This document shows positions 18,481-30,714 of a DNA stretch of 64,000 nucleotides, piece by piece (positions within the stretch are counted from its first letter, which is position 1; every line of letters starts with the position of its first letter). Below the pieces are notes generated by a model, which saw only the letters and a list, made by a program, of their open reading frames with translations, was not told the DNA's origin and searched no databases. Position numbers and translations under genes: made by a program. The DNA comes from Longimicrobiales bacterium (GTDB taxonomy: Bacteria; Gemmatimonadota; Gemmatimonadetes; Longimicrobiales; Gaopeijiaceae): assembly GCA_041690395.1 (NCBI GenBank), contig JAWLHJ010000002.1:64001-128000 (forward strand), given 5' to 3'.

Positions 18481-20140
18481 AACGCCACTCGTCGGTGCGC
18501 ACGCCGCGCGCGTGCCGCAGCGGATTCTCCAGCAGGTGCGTGGGAATGAACAGGACGACCACGAACATCACGAGGGCGAGGAAGAGGCCCGCTCCGAGCA
18601 GCCACCAGCTCCTGAGCGCGATGAACAGGATCGACGTGATGACCGCGGTCGCGGAGGCGAAGATGCTCAGGAGGAGGCGACGCGCCTGGAGGTGCAGGAA
18701 GCGCTCCTGCGACTGCACGTCGCGCGGATGGACCCGTACCCTCAGCTCCTCGCGCTCGGCTCGCGTGACGAGGTCGCGGACTGACCGAAGCGCGTGCTGT
18801 GCCTCGTCGATCACCCCGCGGGCGATCTGAGCCGGCTGCTGACCCGTCGAGCGGAGCAGGTCGGCCTTGTGCTTCCGAACGACTTCGCGGATGAACGAGA
18901 GCCCGTCGAAGTTGGGGTCGTAGACGAAGGCGAGCCCCTCGATGAGCGCGGCCGTCCGGAAGAAGTACACGAGCTCCTGGGGCAGCACGAGCGGCCAGGT
19001 GTAGAACGTATCGAGGAACTCCGTGACGATGTCCTCGACGATCCGTTCCCGGCTCGTGGTCTTGGCCCGTTCCACGATCCGGAGGATCTCCGTCGCAGCT
19101 TCCCGGATCTCCCCGCGCGAGACCTCGGGGCTGATCATCCCCAAGCGGTACATCTCGTTGATGACGCCGTCGATGTCCTCGCGGCCGACGGCCAGCGCCG
19201 AGCTCAGGATCGACTCGCGCGTCCACTTCGGCACCTCGAGAACGGCGCCCCAGTCCAGCAGGACGAGCGTGCCGTCGTCCTGGACCAGCAGGTTCCCGGG
19301 GTGGGGGTCGGCGTGCATGAAGCCGTCGACCATCATCATGCGCAGGTAGACCCCCGTCAGGGTCTCCATGACGTCGCGGAACGAGAGCCGGCCCGCTTCG
19401 AAGAGCGGATGCAGGCGGTCGATCTTGGTGCCGACCACGTGCTCCATGACGAGCACGCGCCGCCGGGTCATGTGCTCGACCACGGCCGGAACGCGCACCC
19501 GACGCTCGGAGGCGAACACTCTGCGGAAGCGGGCCATGTTCGAGGCCTCGTCCCGGAAGTCCATCTCCGAGCGGACCCGTACCGAGAATTCGCGGACCAC
19601 GTTGGTGAGCGCCCGGACGTGGTGGTTCGGAAAGAGGATGTTCAGCCAGAAGAGAAGCCGGAACGAGATGTCGATGTCGAGCGCCACCGCGGCCTCGACC
19701 CCGGGACGGAGCACCTTGACCACGACGTCGCGGCCGTCCAGCCGGGCTCGGTGGACCTGGCCCAGGCTCGCGGCCGCCACCGGCTCGTCGTGGAACGCCT
19801 CGAAGATCTCCGGAACCGGTGCCCCGAACTCCCGCTCGATCACGGCCCGGATCTCCGCCGCAGGGTCGGGAGGAACCTGGTCCTGAAGCCGGCCGATGGC
19901 CGACAGGTACGGTTCCGGAAGGATGTCGGCGCGGGCGCTCAGCAGCTGCGCCAGCTTGACGAAGGTGGGGCCGAGCGCCGCGAGTCGAGCCGAGAGTCGG
20001 TCGGCGCGTCGGGCGTGGTGGTCCGCGGAACGGGCGGCAGGGCGGCCGAAGAGAATCCAGCGTCGTCGGTCCCGCAAGAACGCCAGAGCGAACGGCAGTA
20101 GGAAGTAGAGGACCGAGATCGACCGGCTGATCCGTTTCAC
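18479..20140 (-). CDS. AarF/ABC1/UbiB-family atypical kinase
   Basis: LGPTFVKLAQ, AAASLGQVH, VVKVLRPG, HADPHPGN, LLDWG; two C-terminal TM helices. Confidence 0.92.
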   Translation of the reverse strand: MKRISRSISVLYFLLPFALAFLRDRRRWILFGRPAARSADHHARRADRLSARLAALGPTFVKLAQLLSARADILPEPYLSAIGRLQDQVPPDPAAEIRAVIEREFGAPVPEIFEAFHDEPVAAASLGQVHRARLDGRDVVVKVLRPGVEAAVALDIDISFRLLFWLNILFPNHHVRALTNVVREFSVRVRSEMDFRDEASNMARFRRVFASERRVRVPAVVEHMTRRRVLVMEHVVGTKIDRLHPLFEAGRLSFRDVMETLTGVYLRMMMVDGFMHADPHPGNLLVQDDGTLVLLDWGAVLEVPKWTRESILSSALAVGREDIDGVINEMYRLGMISPEVSRGEIREAATEILRIVERAKTTSRERIVEDIVTEFLDTFYTWPLVLPQELVYFFRTAALIEGLAFVYDPNFDGLSFIREVVRKHKADLLRSTGQQPAQIARGVIDEAQHALRSVRDLVTRAEREELRVRVHPRDVQSQERFLHLQARRLLLSIFASATAVITSILFIALRSWWLLGAGLFLALVMFVVVLFIPTHLLENPLRHARGVRTDEWR

Positions 20141-20152
20141 GTCACCGCCGCC

Positions 20153-21517
20153 TCACAGGAGGAGCCCGCTCGCGAGGCTGAGCAGGAAGAGGAAGCCGAA
20201 GAGATCGGTGAACGGCGTCACGAACATCGACGACCCGACGGCCGGATCGACACCCAGCCGGTTCATGACCGACGGAACGAACGATCCGAGGAAGCCGGCG
20301 ATCACCAGGTTCCCCCACATGGCCAGCAGCACGACGATGCCCAGGACGGGATCGCCGCCGACGAAGGTGGCGAGGAGCGCCACCACGCCCCCGATGATCG
20401 CCCCGTTCACCGCGCCGACGGCCAGCTCACGCCCGACCATCGACGCGAGCTCACGCACCGGCTCCACGCCTCCGTCGAGGGAGATCGTCCGCACGGTGAC
20501 GGCCAGCGCCTGCGTGCCGGCATTCCCGCCGAGGCCGGCGACGATCGGCATGATCGCGGCCAGGATCACGACGTTCTCGATGGTCTCCGAGAACCGGTAG
20601 ACGACGAACGACGCCGTCGCGGCCGTCAGCAGATTCACGAACAGCCACGGAATCCGGGCCCTCACCGACTCGAGCCAGGTGTAGCGGAGGGCGCTCTGGT
20701 CGCCCCCGAGACCCGCCATGAGGAAGATGTCCTCGGTCTGCTCGGCCTCGATGACGTCGATCACGTCGTCGAAGGTGATGCGCCCGAGGAGCACGCCTCC
20801 CGAGTCCACCACGGCGATGGACGCGAGGTTGTAGCGGCCGATGAGGCGGCCGACGTCCTCCTGGTCCATCGTGGGGAGCACGGTCGCGACCGGAGCCTCC
20901 ACCAGACCGTCGATCCGCTGGTCCGGATCGGCGATCACCAGGTCGTCGAGCCGAACCGTGCCGAGCAACCTACGCGCCCCGTCCACCACGAAGACCGTAT
21001 AGAAGTCCTCGACCTCGCGTCCCTGGCGTCGAACCTGCGCGAGCGCCTCCCCGGCCGTGAGCTCGGCCTGAACCGCGACGAGCTCGGTCGTCATGAGCCC
21101 GCCGGCGCTCTCCTCCTCGTGTTCGAGAAGGCCCCGGAAGCTCACGTCGTCGGGGAGACCGTCGAGAACCCGCTGCTGCTCTTCGGGCTCCAGCTCGCCG
21201 ATCAGGTCGGCCGCGTCGTCGTCGGCCAGCTCCAGAAGGAGCTCGGCCCGCTTCTCCGGGAGGAGGGCCGCGAGGAGCTCGGCCCGGTCGTCACCGGCGT
21301 CCATCTCCGCCAGCGTCTCGGACGCGAGCTCGGCGGGAAGCAGGGAGACGAAGCCGATGCGCTCGGCTTCGTCCATCCCTTCCACGAGGTCCGCGATATC
21401 CGACGGATGGAGCGGCGTGGCGAGCTCGCGGGCGCGATCGAACTCACCCGCACGGATCAGCTCCTCGAGCCGCTCTCTCAGCGCGTCGAGGTCGAGCTCC
21501 GGCTCGGAGGACGTCAC
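20153..21517 (-). CDS. mgtE: Magnesium transporter MgtE
   Basis: GTG start overlapping the ybeY stop; N-domain HPSDIAD, CBS pair (SAGGLM, GRITFDD), GGNAGTQA, DPAVGS, TD in the last TM helix. Confidence 0.92.
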   Translation of the reverse strand: MTSSEPELDLDALRERLEELIRAGEFDRARELATPLHPSDIADLVEGMDEAERIGFVSLLPAELASETLAEMDAGDDRAELLAALLPEKRAELLLELADDDAADLIGELEPEEQQRVLDGLPDDVSFRGLLEHEEESAGGLMTTELVAVQAELTAGEALAQVRRQGREVEDFYTVFVVDGARRLLGTVRLDDLVIADPDQRIDGLVEAPVATVLPTMDQEDVGRLIGRYNLASIAVVDSGGVLLGRITFDDVIDVIEAEQTEDIFLMAGLGGDQSALRYTWLESVRARIPWLFVNLLTAATASFVVYRFSETIENVVILAAIMPIVAGLGGNAGTQALAVTVRTISLDGGVEPVRELASMVGRELAVGAVNGAIIGGVVALLATFVGGDPVLGIVVLLAMWGNLVIAGFLGSFVPSVMNRLGVDPAVGSSMFVTPFTDLFGFLFLLSLASGLLL

Positions 21518-21945
21518 GCCTCGCCGTTCCCTGTCAGCTCGGCGACGATACGCTCCTGCAGGACGAACATCGGACTGCCGTACCGGTCCTCTCCGACGGG
21601 ATGGTCGTGCCCGAGCACGTGGAGCGTCCCGTGCACGGCCAGCCGCACCAGCTCCTGGTCGAGCGGGATCCCGTGCTCCGCGGCCTGGCGACGAGCCTGA
21701 TCGACCCCCAGATAGACGTCTCCGACGCACTCCGCGTCCGCACCGAGCGTGAACGCGATCACGTCGGTGGGCCGGTCGTGACCGAGGAAGCGATGGTTGA
21801 GCTCCCGGATGTCGTCGTCCCCGAGAAGCGCCACGGAGATCTCGAGAACCTCGCCGCCCTCGCGGGAGACCGTGCGGCGCACCGCCTCCTCGAGCGCATC
21901 GGCATCGACGGATGCGTAGTCGCCGACTTCGACGAGAACGGTCAT
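21514..21945 (-). CDS. ybeY: rRNA maturation endoribonuclease YbeY
   Basis: PTDVIAF, GDVYL, HGTLHVLGHDH zinc motif. Confidence 0.93.
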   Translation of the reverse strand: MTVLVEVGDYASVDADALEEAVRRTVSREGGEVLEISVALLGDDDIRELNHRFLGHDRPTDVIAFTLGADAECVGDVYLGVDQARRQAAEHGIPLDQELVRLAVHGTLHVLGHDHPVGEDRYGSPMFVLQERIVAELTGNGEA

Positions 21946-24272
21946 CCCCGTGCCCGCGGCTGTACGGTCCGATCCGAACCGACCTCGACCGTGGCCTCAT
22001 CGGGCTCGTCGGCGTCGAGATCCTCCGGCGGCGCCGAAACCTCGTCACCTCCTCCGGGAGCCGCGTCGGTCAGGTGCTTCGTGGCCGGATACTCGATGCG
22101 CCGGTGGGAGACGCCGCCCAGGATCTTGGCGAACTGCTCCTTCGCGCGCGCGATCTCGGCCATGGTGAGCGGAGCGTCGTCGAGCTGCCCGTCCGCGATC
22201 TTGGCTGCGACGATGGACTCGATGAGGTTCTGCATCCGCTCGGTCGTCGGCTCGCGCATGGCACGCGCAGCGGACTCGCAGGAATCCGCGAGCATGACGA
22301 TCGCGGTCTCCCGGGTGCGGGGCCTCGGTCCCGGATAAGAGAACCGCGTGAGGTCGAGCTCGCCGTCGGCTTCCTCGAGCGCCTTCTCGTAGAAGAAGCC
22401 GATCTTCTGGGTCCCGTGATGCTCCAGGATGAAGTCGATCACGACCTCCGGCACGTTCGCCTCGCGAGCGAGCCTCACACCCTCCGTCACGTGCTCGCGC
22501 ACGATCGTCGCGGACGTCTCCGGCTTGAGCTTGTCGTGCGGATTACGGGCGTCCGGTTGGTTCTCGACGAAGTAATGGGGCTTCAACATCTTGCCGACGT
22601 CGTGGTACAGGACCCCGACCCTGCAGAGCAGCCCGTTCGCCCCGATCTCCGAAGCCGCCGCCTCGGCGAGGTTCGCCACGTTGATGGTGTGGGCGTACGT
22701 CCCCGGGGCCTCCATGGACAGTCGTCTCAGGAGCGGGCGGGTCGGATCGGCCCATTCGAGGAGCGTCTGGTCGGTGGTGATCCCCGTGAAGAGCTCGAAC
22801 ACCCAGAGGAAGCCCATGGCCAGGAGCGCCGACACGGTCGCGTTCCCGGCGAAGACGGCGCTGCCTCTCAGGGCGTCGGTGACGTCGCCGCCCACCGCGA
22901 ACGCGTGCGCCAGGAGCACGACACCGGCGGCGAGCGCGATGATGGAGATCGAGACCCAGGTCTCCGACCGGCGGCGGACGGCGCGCACGCTCATGGCCGC
23001 GGCCGACCCTCCGGCGACGAGCGCCAGCACGGTCCCGTAATCCGCGAACGGGGGGAGCGTGCCCGTGACCGCCGCGAGCACCAGGACGAGGAACAGCGAC
23101 ATGCGGGTGTCCCACAGCACCGCAACCGGGAGCGCGACGAAGGCGATGGGAAGCCACTCCACCGCCAGCCCGCCGCGGTCGATGACGATGCCCGCGCCGA
23201 AGTAAGCGGCGACCAACACCGCGATGAGCAGGACCCAGCGGAAGTTCGCGTAAACCTCAGGCCGGTTGAACATCAGGAGCAGCCCGAAGATCGACAGCAG
23301 GACCGTGTTGAGGAGCCACGACCCGATGACGGCGCTCAGTGCGGCGCCCTCCCGCTCCAGGAGCCCGCTCGCGCGAAGCTCCTCCTCGTAGGCTTCCAGG
23401 CGTTCGAGCGTTTCGGGCCCGATCGGGTCCGCCTGCCGGACGATGGCCTGGCCCTGCAGCACCTGCGCCTTCGTCGTCGGCACGCTCGCCGCGGCCTGGG
23501 CCCGGTCGCTCTCCGTGGCGGAGACGTTCACGTCGAGCGTGAAGTCGACGTGGTGGATGAGGATCAGCCGGAAGAGGTCTCGCGCGTCCGGTGGAAAGTC
23601 GTCCGGCAGGAAGGCCACGGACCGGGAGAAGAAGTCCCGCGAGGTCAGGATCGACGCGGCTTCGGCCGTCTCCTCGTCATCGCCACGCCGCAACGTGACG
23701 GATCCGGCCGTGAGGTCGATCATGCGCGCGGCATCGGCCACACCCTGCGGCAGGATCTCGCGGGCCGCCCGGATCGCCGCGGTGCGGAACGCGCCGCGTG
23801 AGACGGGCTCGAGGAGATACCTCAGCTGGGAGGGTGTCGGCGTGATCTGGCTCTCGCGGAGCACGTCGCGCACTGCGGCCGTGTCCGCGGCGGAGGCCGT
23901 GCTGTCCAGGGCATCGAAGAAGCGAGCCAGATCAGCGGCGACGGAATCCGCGACCTCGGGCCGGAAGTCGAAGGTGGGGGGCACGGCCTCCATGGCGGAA
24001 CGCCGATCCCGCTCCAGCTCGGTCGCGTTCTTGGGCACCTCGAAGGGGATCTCGGCGATCACGTCCTCGGTGGCCACCATGTCCTGGGTGTACCGCTGCA
24101 CCTCCATCGGGCTCTCGGGCGGGAACGCGAGGGCCACGAACGCCGCCAGCCCCGCCAGGAGCAGGAGGCGCGATCCGTGGTGGCGGGCACGCGCACCCGT
24201 CGTGGCTCCGGGGTCGCCCGACAGCTTGTGCAGCACGGACTCCCGTTCGGGATCCTGCCCGCGCGCGTTCAC
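21942..24272 (-). CDS. Membrane 7TM-HD (HDIG) phosphohydrolase, PgpH/YqfF-like
   Basis: Extracellular domain, about 7 TM helices, APGTYAH, YHDVGK, YFVENQ, HHGT, YPGPRP, MLADSCE; conserved phoH-HD-ybeY context. Confidence 0.88.
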   Translation of the reverse strand: MNARGQDPERESVLHKLSGDPGATTGARARHHGSRLLLLAGLAAFVALAFPPESPMEVQRYTQDMVATEDVIAEIPFEVPKNATELERDRRSAMEAVPPTFDFRPEVADSVAADLARFFDALDSTASAADTAAVRDVLRESQITPTPSQLRYLLEPVSRGAFRTAAIRAAREILPQGVADAARMIDLTAGSVTLRRGDDEETAEAASILTSRDFFSRSVAFLPDDFPPDARDLFRLILIHHVDFTLDVNVSATESDRAQAAASVPTTKAQVLQGQAIVRQADPIGPETLERLEAYEEELRASGLLEREGAALSAVIGSWLLNTVLLSIFGLLLMFNRPEVYANFRWVLLIAVLVAAYFGAGIVIDRGGLAVEWLPIAFVALPVAVLWDTRMSLFLVLVLAAVTGTLPPFADYGTVLALVAGGSAAAMSVRAVRRRSETWVSISIIALAAGVVLLAHAFAVGGDVTDALRGSAVFAGNATVSALLAMGFLWVFELFTGITTDQTLLEWADPTRPLLRRLSMEAPGTYAHTINVANLAEAAASEIGANGLLCRVGVLYHDVGKMLKPHYFVENQPDARNPHDKLKPETSATIVREHVTEGVRLAREANVPEVVIDFILEHHGTQKIGFFYEKALEEADGELDLTRFSYPGPRPRTRETAIVMLADSCESAARAMREPTTERMQNLIESIVAAKIADGQLDDAPLTMAEIARAKEQFAKILGGVSHRRIEYPATKHLTDAAPGGGDEVSAPPEDLDADEPDEATVEVGSDRTVQPRARG

Positions 24273-25252
24273 CCGCCGCCCCCCTCCGCGGCCCCGCGCC
24301 CGTACGCCTCGATGATGTCCTTCACCAGCCGGTGTCGGATGACGTCCTTGGCGTCGAGGTAGATCAGGGAGATGCCCTCGATGTCGCCCAGGATGTCCTC
24401 GACCTCCAGGAGGCCGGAATCGTCACGGCTCGGCAGGTCGATCTGGGTCTTGTCGCCCGTGATCACGACCCGCGAGTTCAGGCCCAGTCGGGTCAGGAAC
24501 ATCTTCATCTGCGCACGGGTCGCGTTCTGGGCCTCGTCGAGGATGACGAAGGCGTCGGACAGCGTCCGGCCCCGCATGTACGCCAGCGGAGCGATCTCGA
24601 TGGTCGAGTCCTCGAGCGCGCGTCGAACGCGCTCGTGGGGCATCATGTCCTCGAGCGCGTCGTAGAGCGGACGGAGGTAGGGGTCGACCTTCTCCTGGAG
24701 GTCACCGGGCAGGAAACCGAGGTTTTCTCCGGCTTCGACCGCCGGGCGGGCCAGGATGATCCTGCGCACGCGCTTCTTGTAGAGGGCGTCGACGGCGCAC
24801 GCCACGGCGAGATACGTCTTCCCGGTGCCGGCCGGACCGATGCCGATCACGATGTCGTGCTCGACGATGGACCGGAGATAGGTACGCTGTCCGTCCGATT
24901 TCGGTACGATCACGCGCCGCGAGCCCGGGAGCGCGATGCGTAGGTCGTCGTCGGGCCGGACCACACCGTCGGCCCCGAGGGCATCGATGCCGTCGGCGAA
25001 GCGCGCGATGTCCGACACGTCGAAGGGCGCGCGCAGCCGGGCGAGCTCGATCATGTGTTGGAGCACCGGCACCGAGCGCTCCACGCCACCCAGCCCTCCC
25101 GAGAGGATGACGTGGTCCCCGCGCAGAATGGTCCGTACGCCGAACAGCCGCGAGATCTCCTGCAGATTGCGGTCGTTAACTCCGGCCAGCATGAGCGGAT
25201 CGACGCCCTCGGCGTCGAGCCGGTGCTCGATCACGGTCTCAGTGTTGCTCAC
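24269..25252 (-). CDS. phoH: PhoH-family ATPase
   Basis: GPAGTGKT, RPAVEAGENLGFLPG, YMRGRT, DEAQN; start VSNTE (GTG 25252). Confidence 0.93.
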   Translation of the reverse strand: MSNTETVIEHRLDAEGVDPLMLAGVNDRNLQEISRLFGVRTILRGDHVILSGGLGGVERSVPVLQHMIELARLRAPFDVSDIARFADGIDALGADGVVRPDDDLRIALPGSRRVIVPKSDGQRTYLRSIVEHDIVIGIGPAGTGKTYLAVACAVDALYKKRVRRIILARPAVEAGENLGFLPGDLQEKVDPYLRPLYDALEDMMPHERVRRALEDSTIEIAPLAYMRGRTLSDAFVILDEAQNATRAQMKMFLTRLGLNSRVVITGDKTQIDLPSRDDSGLLEVEDILGDIEGISLIYLDAKDVIRHRLVKDIIEAYGRGAAEGGGG

Positions 25253-25269
25253 CCCATCTCCCGGGGTCG

Positions 25270-27069
<1,800 letters not shown>

Positions 27070-27438
27070 TCAATCCGCCTGTGAGAGGGCGCCGGACGGA
27101 GATCCGACGCGCTTGGCGAGTAACGTGACCACGAGATATCCGAACAGGACGCCACCGACGTCGGCGTACCAGTCCCCCAGCGACGGCACGCGGTTCGGGA
27201 CCAGCGCCTGGTGCCATTCGTCCATCGCCCCGTAGAGCATGCCCACACCGATGACGAGCCAGTGCGGAACGGTGCCGCCGCTCCACTGTCGTCCGAGACC
27301 GAGGGCACCGCCCAGAACGGCGAACAGGACGAAGTGGACGACCTTGTCGCTCACGTCGAGCCAGGCCGGGCCGCTGGGATTCGGCCACGAGCTCAATAAA
27401 AAGAGGACCGCCGCCCAAACGAGGGCGGGTCCCCACAT
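27070..27438 (-). CDS. VanZ-like membrane protein
   Basis: DKVVHFVLF, DEWHQALVPNR and DWYAD motifs; hydrophobic segments; start uncertain. Confidence 0.8.
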   Translation of the reverse strand: MWGPALVWAAVLFLLSSWPNPSGPAWLDVSDKVVHFVLFAVLGGALGLGRQWSGGTVPHWLVIGVGMLYGAMDEWHQALVPNRVPSLGDWYADVGGVLFGYLVVTLLAKRVGSPSGALSQAD

Positions 27439-27565
27439 CCGAAGTTGATTGGCCAAACGGGGGTTCCCAAGGGACTCGGCGTACCGGCCGCGCCCGGTCA
27501 CCTACAGAGGTTCTGCTCGGACGGCTAAGTTAAACGGCCGCACGAGGCCATTCAAGAAACGCCCC

Positions 27566-28675
27566 ATGACTGCCATAGAACGGATCGACCTGTTGTCGCT
27601 CACCCCGGACCAGCTCCGGGACGAGCTCTCCGCGTACTTTTCCGAGCGGGGCCAGCCCGCCTACCGGGTCGGTCAGGTGGAGCGCTGGATCTGGGAAGGG
27701 CTCGCCGGCGACCTCGCGGAGATGACCGACCTTCCCGCCGCCGAGCGCGACGCGATGGCGGAGCGCTACACGCTGGCCGAGCCCGAGACGGCCAAGGTGG
27801 CCGTGAGCGCGGACGGTACGGTCAAGCACCTGTGGCGCCTCTCCGACGGCGAGCTCGTGGAGTCCGTGCTGATCCCGACCGAGACGCGCCTCACGCTGTG
27901 CATCTCTTCGCAGGCGGGGTGCGCCATGGGATGCACGTTCTGCGCGACCGGGTGGGGCGGCTTCGCCCGGCAGCTCACGCCGGGAGAGATCGTCTCCCAG
28001 TACCGGGTGTCGCGCCGCTGGGCCGAGGAGGACGGCCGCGGACCCATCACGAACATCGTGTTCATGGGCATGGGCGAGCCCCTCTCGAACCGGAAGGCGC
28101 TCCATCCTGCCCTGACGATCCTGAACCACGGCTACGGCGTCGGCGCCCGCCGGATCACGGTCTCGACCGTCGGCGTGGTGCCAGGGATCCTCGAGCTGGC
28201 CGATCGGCCCGAGCAGTTCGGGCTGGCCGTCTCGCTGCACGCCCCCGAGAGCGAGCTGCGCCGGGAGCTGATCCCCCTGGAGAAGCGACACCCCCTGCCG
28301 GAGCTCATGGAAGCGCTCAGGGCGTTCGACGCGCGTGGCGGCAGGCGCATCACCTTCGAGTACACGATGATCGACGGCGTCAACGACGACCTCGAGCTCG
28401 CGCCCAAGCTCGCGGACCTCGCGGGAGAGGCGGGCGGGGCGTTCGTGAATCTGATCCCCTTCAACCCCATCCCCTACCAGGACTGGAAGCCCTCGCCCAT
28501 GGCGCGAATCCGCCAGTTCGCGGACATACTGGACGCTCGCGGCGTGTCGGCGGCCGTACGGGAGACCCGGGGCCGTGACATCGACGCCGCCTGCGGACAG
28601 CTCCGCGGGCACGTCCTCACGCAGATCGAGGGGGCGAAGGGGACGGCGGTGAAGGGCGCGGCCGCGGACGGTTAG
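27566..28675 (+). CDS. rlmN: 23S rRNA/tRNA C2-methyltransferase RlmN (radical SAM)
   Basis: CISSQAGCAMGCTFC, MGMGEP, SLHA, AACGQL. Confidence 0.95.
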   Translation: MTAIERIDLLSLTPDQLRDELSAYFSERGQPAYRVGQVERWIWEGLAGDLAEMTDLPAAERDAMAERYTLAEPETAKVAVSADGTVKHLWRLSDGELVESVLIPTETRLTLCISSQAGCAMGCTFCATGWGGFARQLTPGEIVSQYRVSRRWAEEDGRGPITNIVFMGMGEPLSNRKALHPALTILNHGYGVGARRITVSTVGVVPGILELADRPEQFGLAVSLHAPESELRRELIPLEKRHPLPELMEALRAFDARGGRRITFEYTMIDGVNDDLELAPKLADLAGEAGGAFVNLIPFNPIPYQDWKPSPMARIRQFADILDARGVSAAVRETRGRDIDAACGQLRGHVLTQIEGAKGTAVKGAAADG

Positions 28676-29442
28676 TCGATCGGCCGCCCGATCCGGTTCC
28701 AGCGAACTTCCCGCAGCGCCGGGAACGGCCGGTACGAGTCGCGGTTGTACGAGTAGTAGGTGAACACCGCCCGGCCCTCCAGACGCCACCGCTCGAGCAG
28801 CCCCCAGTAGCGCGAATCGAGGCTCCGCTCGCGATTGTCGCCCAGCATGAAGTAACGGTCCTCGGGAATGACGATAGGACCCCAATTGTCACGCGTCGGC
28901 GCATACGTCGCGGCGTCGGTGCCCGCCGGCAGGTGATCCCTCTGCCAGGACATCCAGGGGTGCCGCTCGTCCTCGACCGGGTCGTGCCGAACGTACGGCT
29001 CGTCGATCTGCTCGCCGTTCACGAAAAGTAGCCGGTCGCGCATCTCGAGCGTGTCGCCAGGGAGTCCGATCAGCCTCTTGATGAGCATCAGCGTTTCCTC
29101 GTGGGGCGGATCGAACACGAGGATGTCTCCCCGGCGCGGCTCCGAGTACCCCGGGATCCGGAGGCCGATGACCGGGACTCGCGATCCCATCGCGGCGCGG
29201 TTCACGAGGAGCATGTCTCCCACCAGGAGCGTGTCCTCCATGGACCCCGACGTGATGACGAAGGTCTGCACGATGAACGTGCGCAGGACGAAGAAGAGGA
29301 GAAGCGCGACCCCGAGCGATTTCAGCCACTCGACCGCCGAGCCGCGTCCGGGCGGTTCGTCCTTGGCGCCGCGACGCCGCGACTTCCGGGTATCCCCCTT
29401 GTCGGGACGGCCTCGGCCCTTGCTGGTCGCGGATTTCGCCAT
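28672..29442 (-). CDS. lepB: Signal peptidase I
   Basis: SGSMEDTL (Ser), IKRLIGLPGD (Lys), GDNRERSLDSRYWG. Confidence 0.93.
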   Translation of the reverse strand: MAKSATSKGRGRPDKGDTRKSRRRGAKDEPPGRGSAVEWLKSLGVALLLFFVLRTFIVQTFVITSGSMEDTLLVGDMLLVNRAAMGSRVPVIGLRIPGYSEPRRGDILVFDPPHEETLMLIKRLIGLPGDTLEMRDRLLFVNGEQIDEPYVRHDPVEDERHPWMSWQRDHLPAGTDAATYAPTRDNWGPIVIPEDRYFMLGDNRERSLDSRYWGLLERWRLEGRAVFTYYSYNRDSYRPFPALREVRWNRIGRPID

Positions 29443-29505
29443 CGTCTCGGATCTGCTCTGCGCTGGGATGCTTGAAAGGAGCGCGCCTGTGGTCCGCGCG
29501 CGGGG

Positions 29506-29982
29506 TCAGGGCTGCTCGGGAAGCGGACCGGCGGCGTCCGGCGGGCGCCAGTCGCGTCCGAGGATGACCGAGAGGTCCACGTAGCGATCCGGATCCGGAT
29601 CGCTCCGGACGATATCGATTCCGAGCACCGCCGCAACGCCCTCGGCGAAGTCCGAGCGGCGCGCGCGCTCCACGACTTCCGATGTCTCGTGATCGAACGA
29701 GGGGGCGTTACCGAAGTACACGACGTCGTAGCCCGCCGCCCGCGCCAACTCGGTGGCCTGACGGGCCGCGCCCGGGACGCCTCCGCCATTGAGGATCTCG
29801 ACCCTCACGCGCTCGCCGGGCGCGGGGAGGGTCCGGGGCTCTCCGGCCGGATCCGTGGACGCCGTGTTGATGGCGAAGTACGCCATGCCGACCACGCCGA
29901 CCGCGGTCGCGACCGCCCATGCGAGCCCGGCCCGGGTTCCTCGCCCACGGCCTGTGAGGCGCCGTCCGCGTCGGCGGCTCAT
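29506..29982 (-). CDS. Membrane-anchored LytR C-terminal domain protein
   Basis: N-terminal TM helix; VEILNGGGVPGAA, GNA, VILGRD. Confidence 0.8.
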   Translation of the reverse strand: MSRRRGRRLTGRGRGTRAGLAWAVATAVGVVGMAYFAINTASTDPAGEPRTLPAPGERVRVEILNGGGVPGAARQATELARAAGYDVVYFGNAPSFDHETSEVVERARRSDFAEGVAAVLGIDIVRSDPDPDRYVDLSVILGRDWRPPDAAGPLPEQP

Positions 29983-30572
29983 GCTACGCCGGCCGTCCGC
30001 TCGTCGAGCACGACGTTCCAGAACGCCACGGTCGGCTCCAGCAGCCGCACCCCGCAGTCGACGAGGTGACGAATGCGCGAGCCCAGGATCTCGCGTGTCA
30101 CCTCGGCGATCTCATCGGGCATGCGCGCTCGAAGCTCCGCGCGCCACCCGGTCAGGAACGGTCGGCCTGGCTCCAGAAAGTCGGCCGCGTAGAGCCCCCG
30201 TCCCATGCGGTCGAGGTCCGGGTGGCCGACCGTGTGGTAGGCGACCGCCCGCAGCAGCGACTCGTCGCGAACACCCTCGGAGCGGAGGCGCTCTGCCGCG
30301 GCCGGGCCGTGCAGGACCGGCCCCGGCAGCGACTCGTAGCGTTCGGGGAGCTCCGCCCGCAGCTCGGCGGGGTCGACTTCCCGCAGGGCGTCGTGCAGAT
30401 AGGCGGCGGCCCGCCAGCGGGCGCGGTCCCGGTCGTCCAGCCGCAACGCTCGGCCCCACGACTCCATGAGCTCGGCGACGCGCTCGATGTGGGCGAGGCG
30501 CTCGGAGCCTACGCGCGCCCACTCAGGGAGCACGCCCTCCGCCGCCGCCGCCACCCGCTCGTGTAGGACCAT
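29979..30572 (-). CDS. YqeK-like HD-domain hydrolase (putative symmetrical Ap4A hydrolase)
   Basis: RLAHIERVA, LHDA, LHGPAAA, AVAYHTVG, ADFLEPGR. Confidence 0.75.
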   Translation of the reverse strand: MVLHERVAAAAEGVLPEWARVGSERLAHIERVAELMESWGRALRLDDRDRARWRAAAYLHDALREVDPAELRAELPERYESLPGPVLHGPAAAERLRSEGVRDESLLRAVAYHTVGHPDLDRMGRGLYAADFLEPGRPFLTGWRAELRARMPDEIAEVTREILGSRIRHLVDCGVRLLEPTVAFWNVVLDERTAGVA

Positions 30573-30714
30573 GCCTGTTTTGCCGCTCCCCGTGATCGAT
30601 GCGCTCCCGACCCGCTAAGATGGGTCCGGGGTCGGGGCGATGGGTAGTCCCGCCCGCCGCGCGGCTCGCGAGGCGCCCCGGCACCCTACCTCCGGCGCGG
30701 GTTACCAGGCGGTC

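Noticed and set aside
18276..18482. 68-aa ORF inside the TIR element
   Set aside because: No transposase motifs, and it reads through hairpin and TIR sequence; likely spurious.
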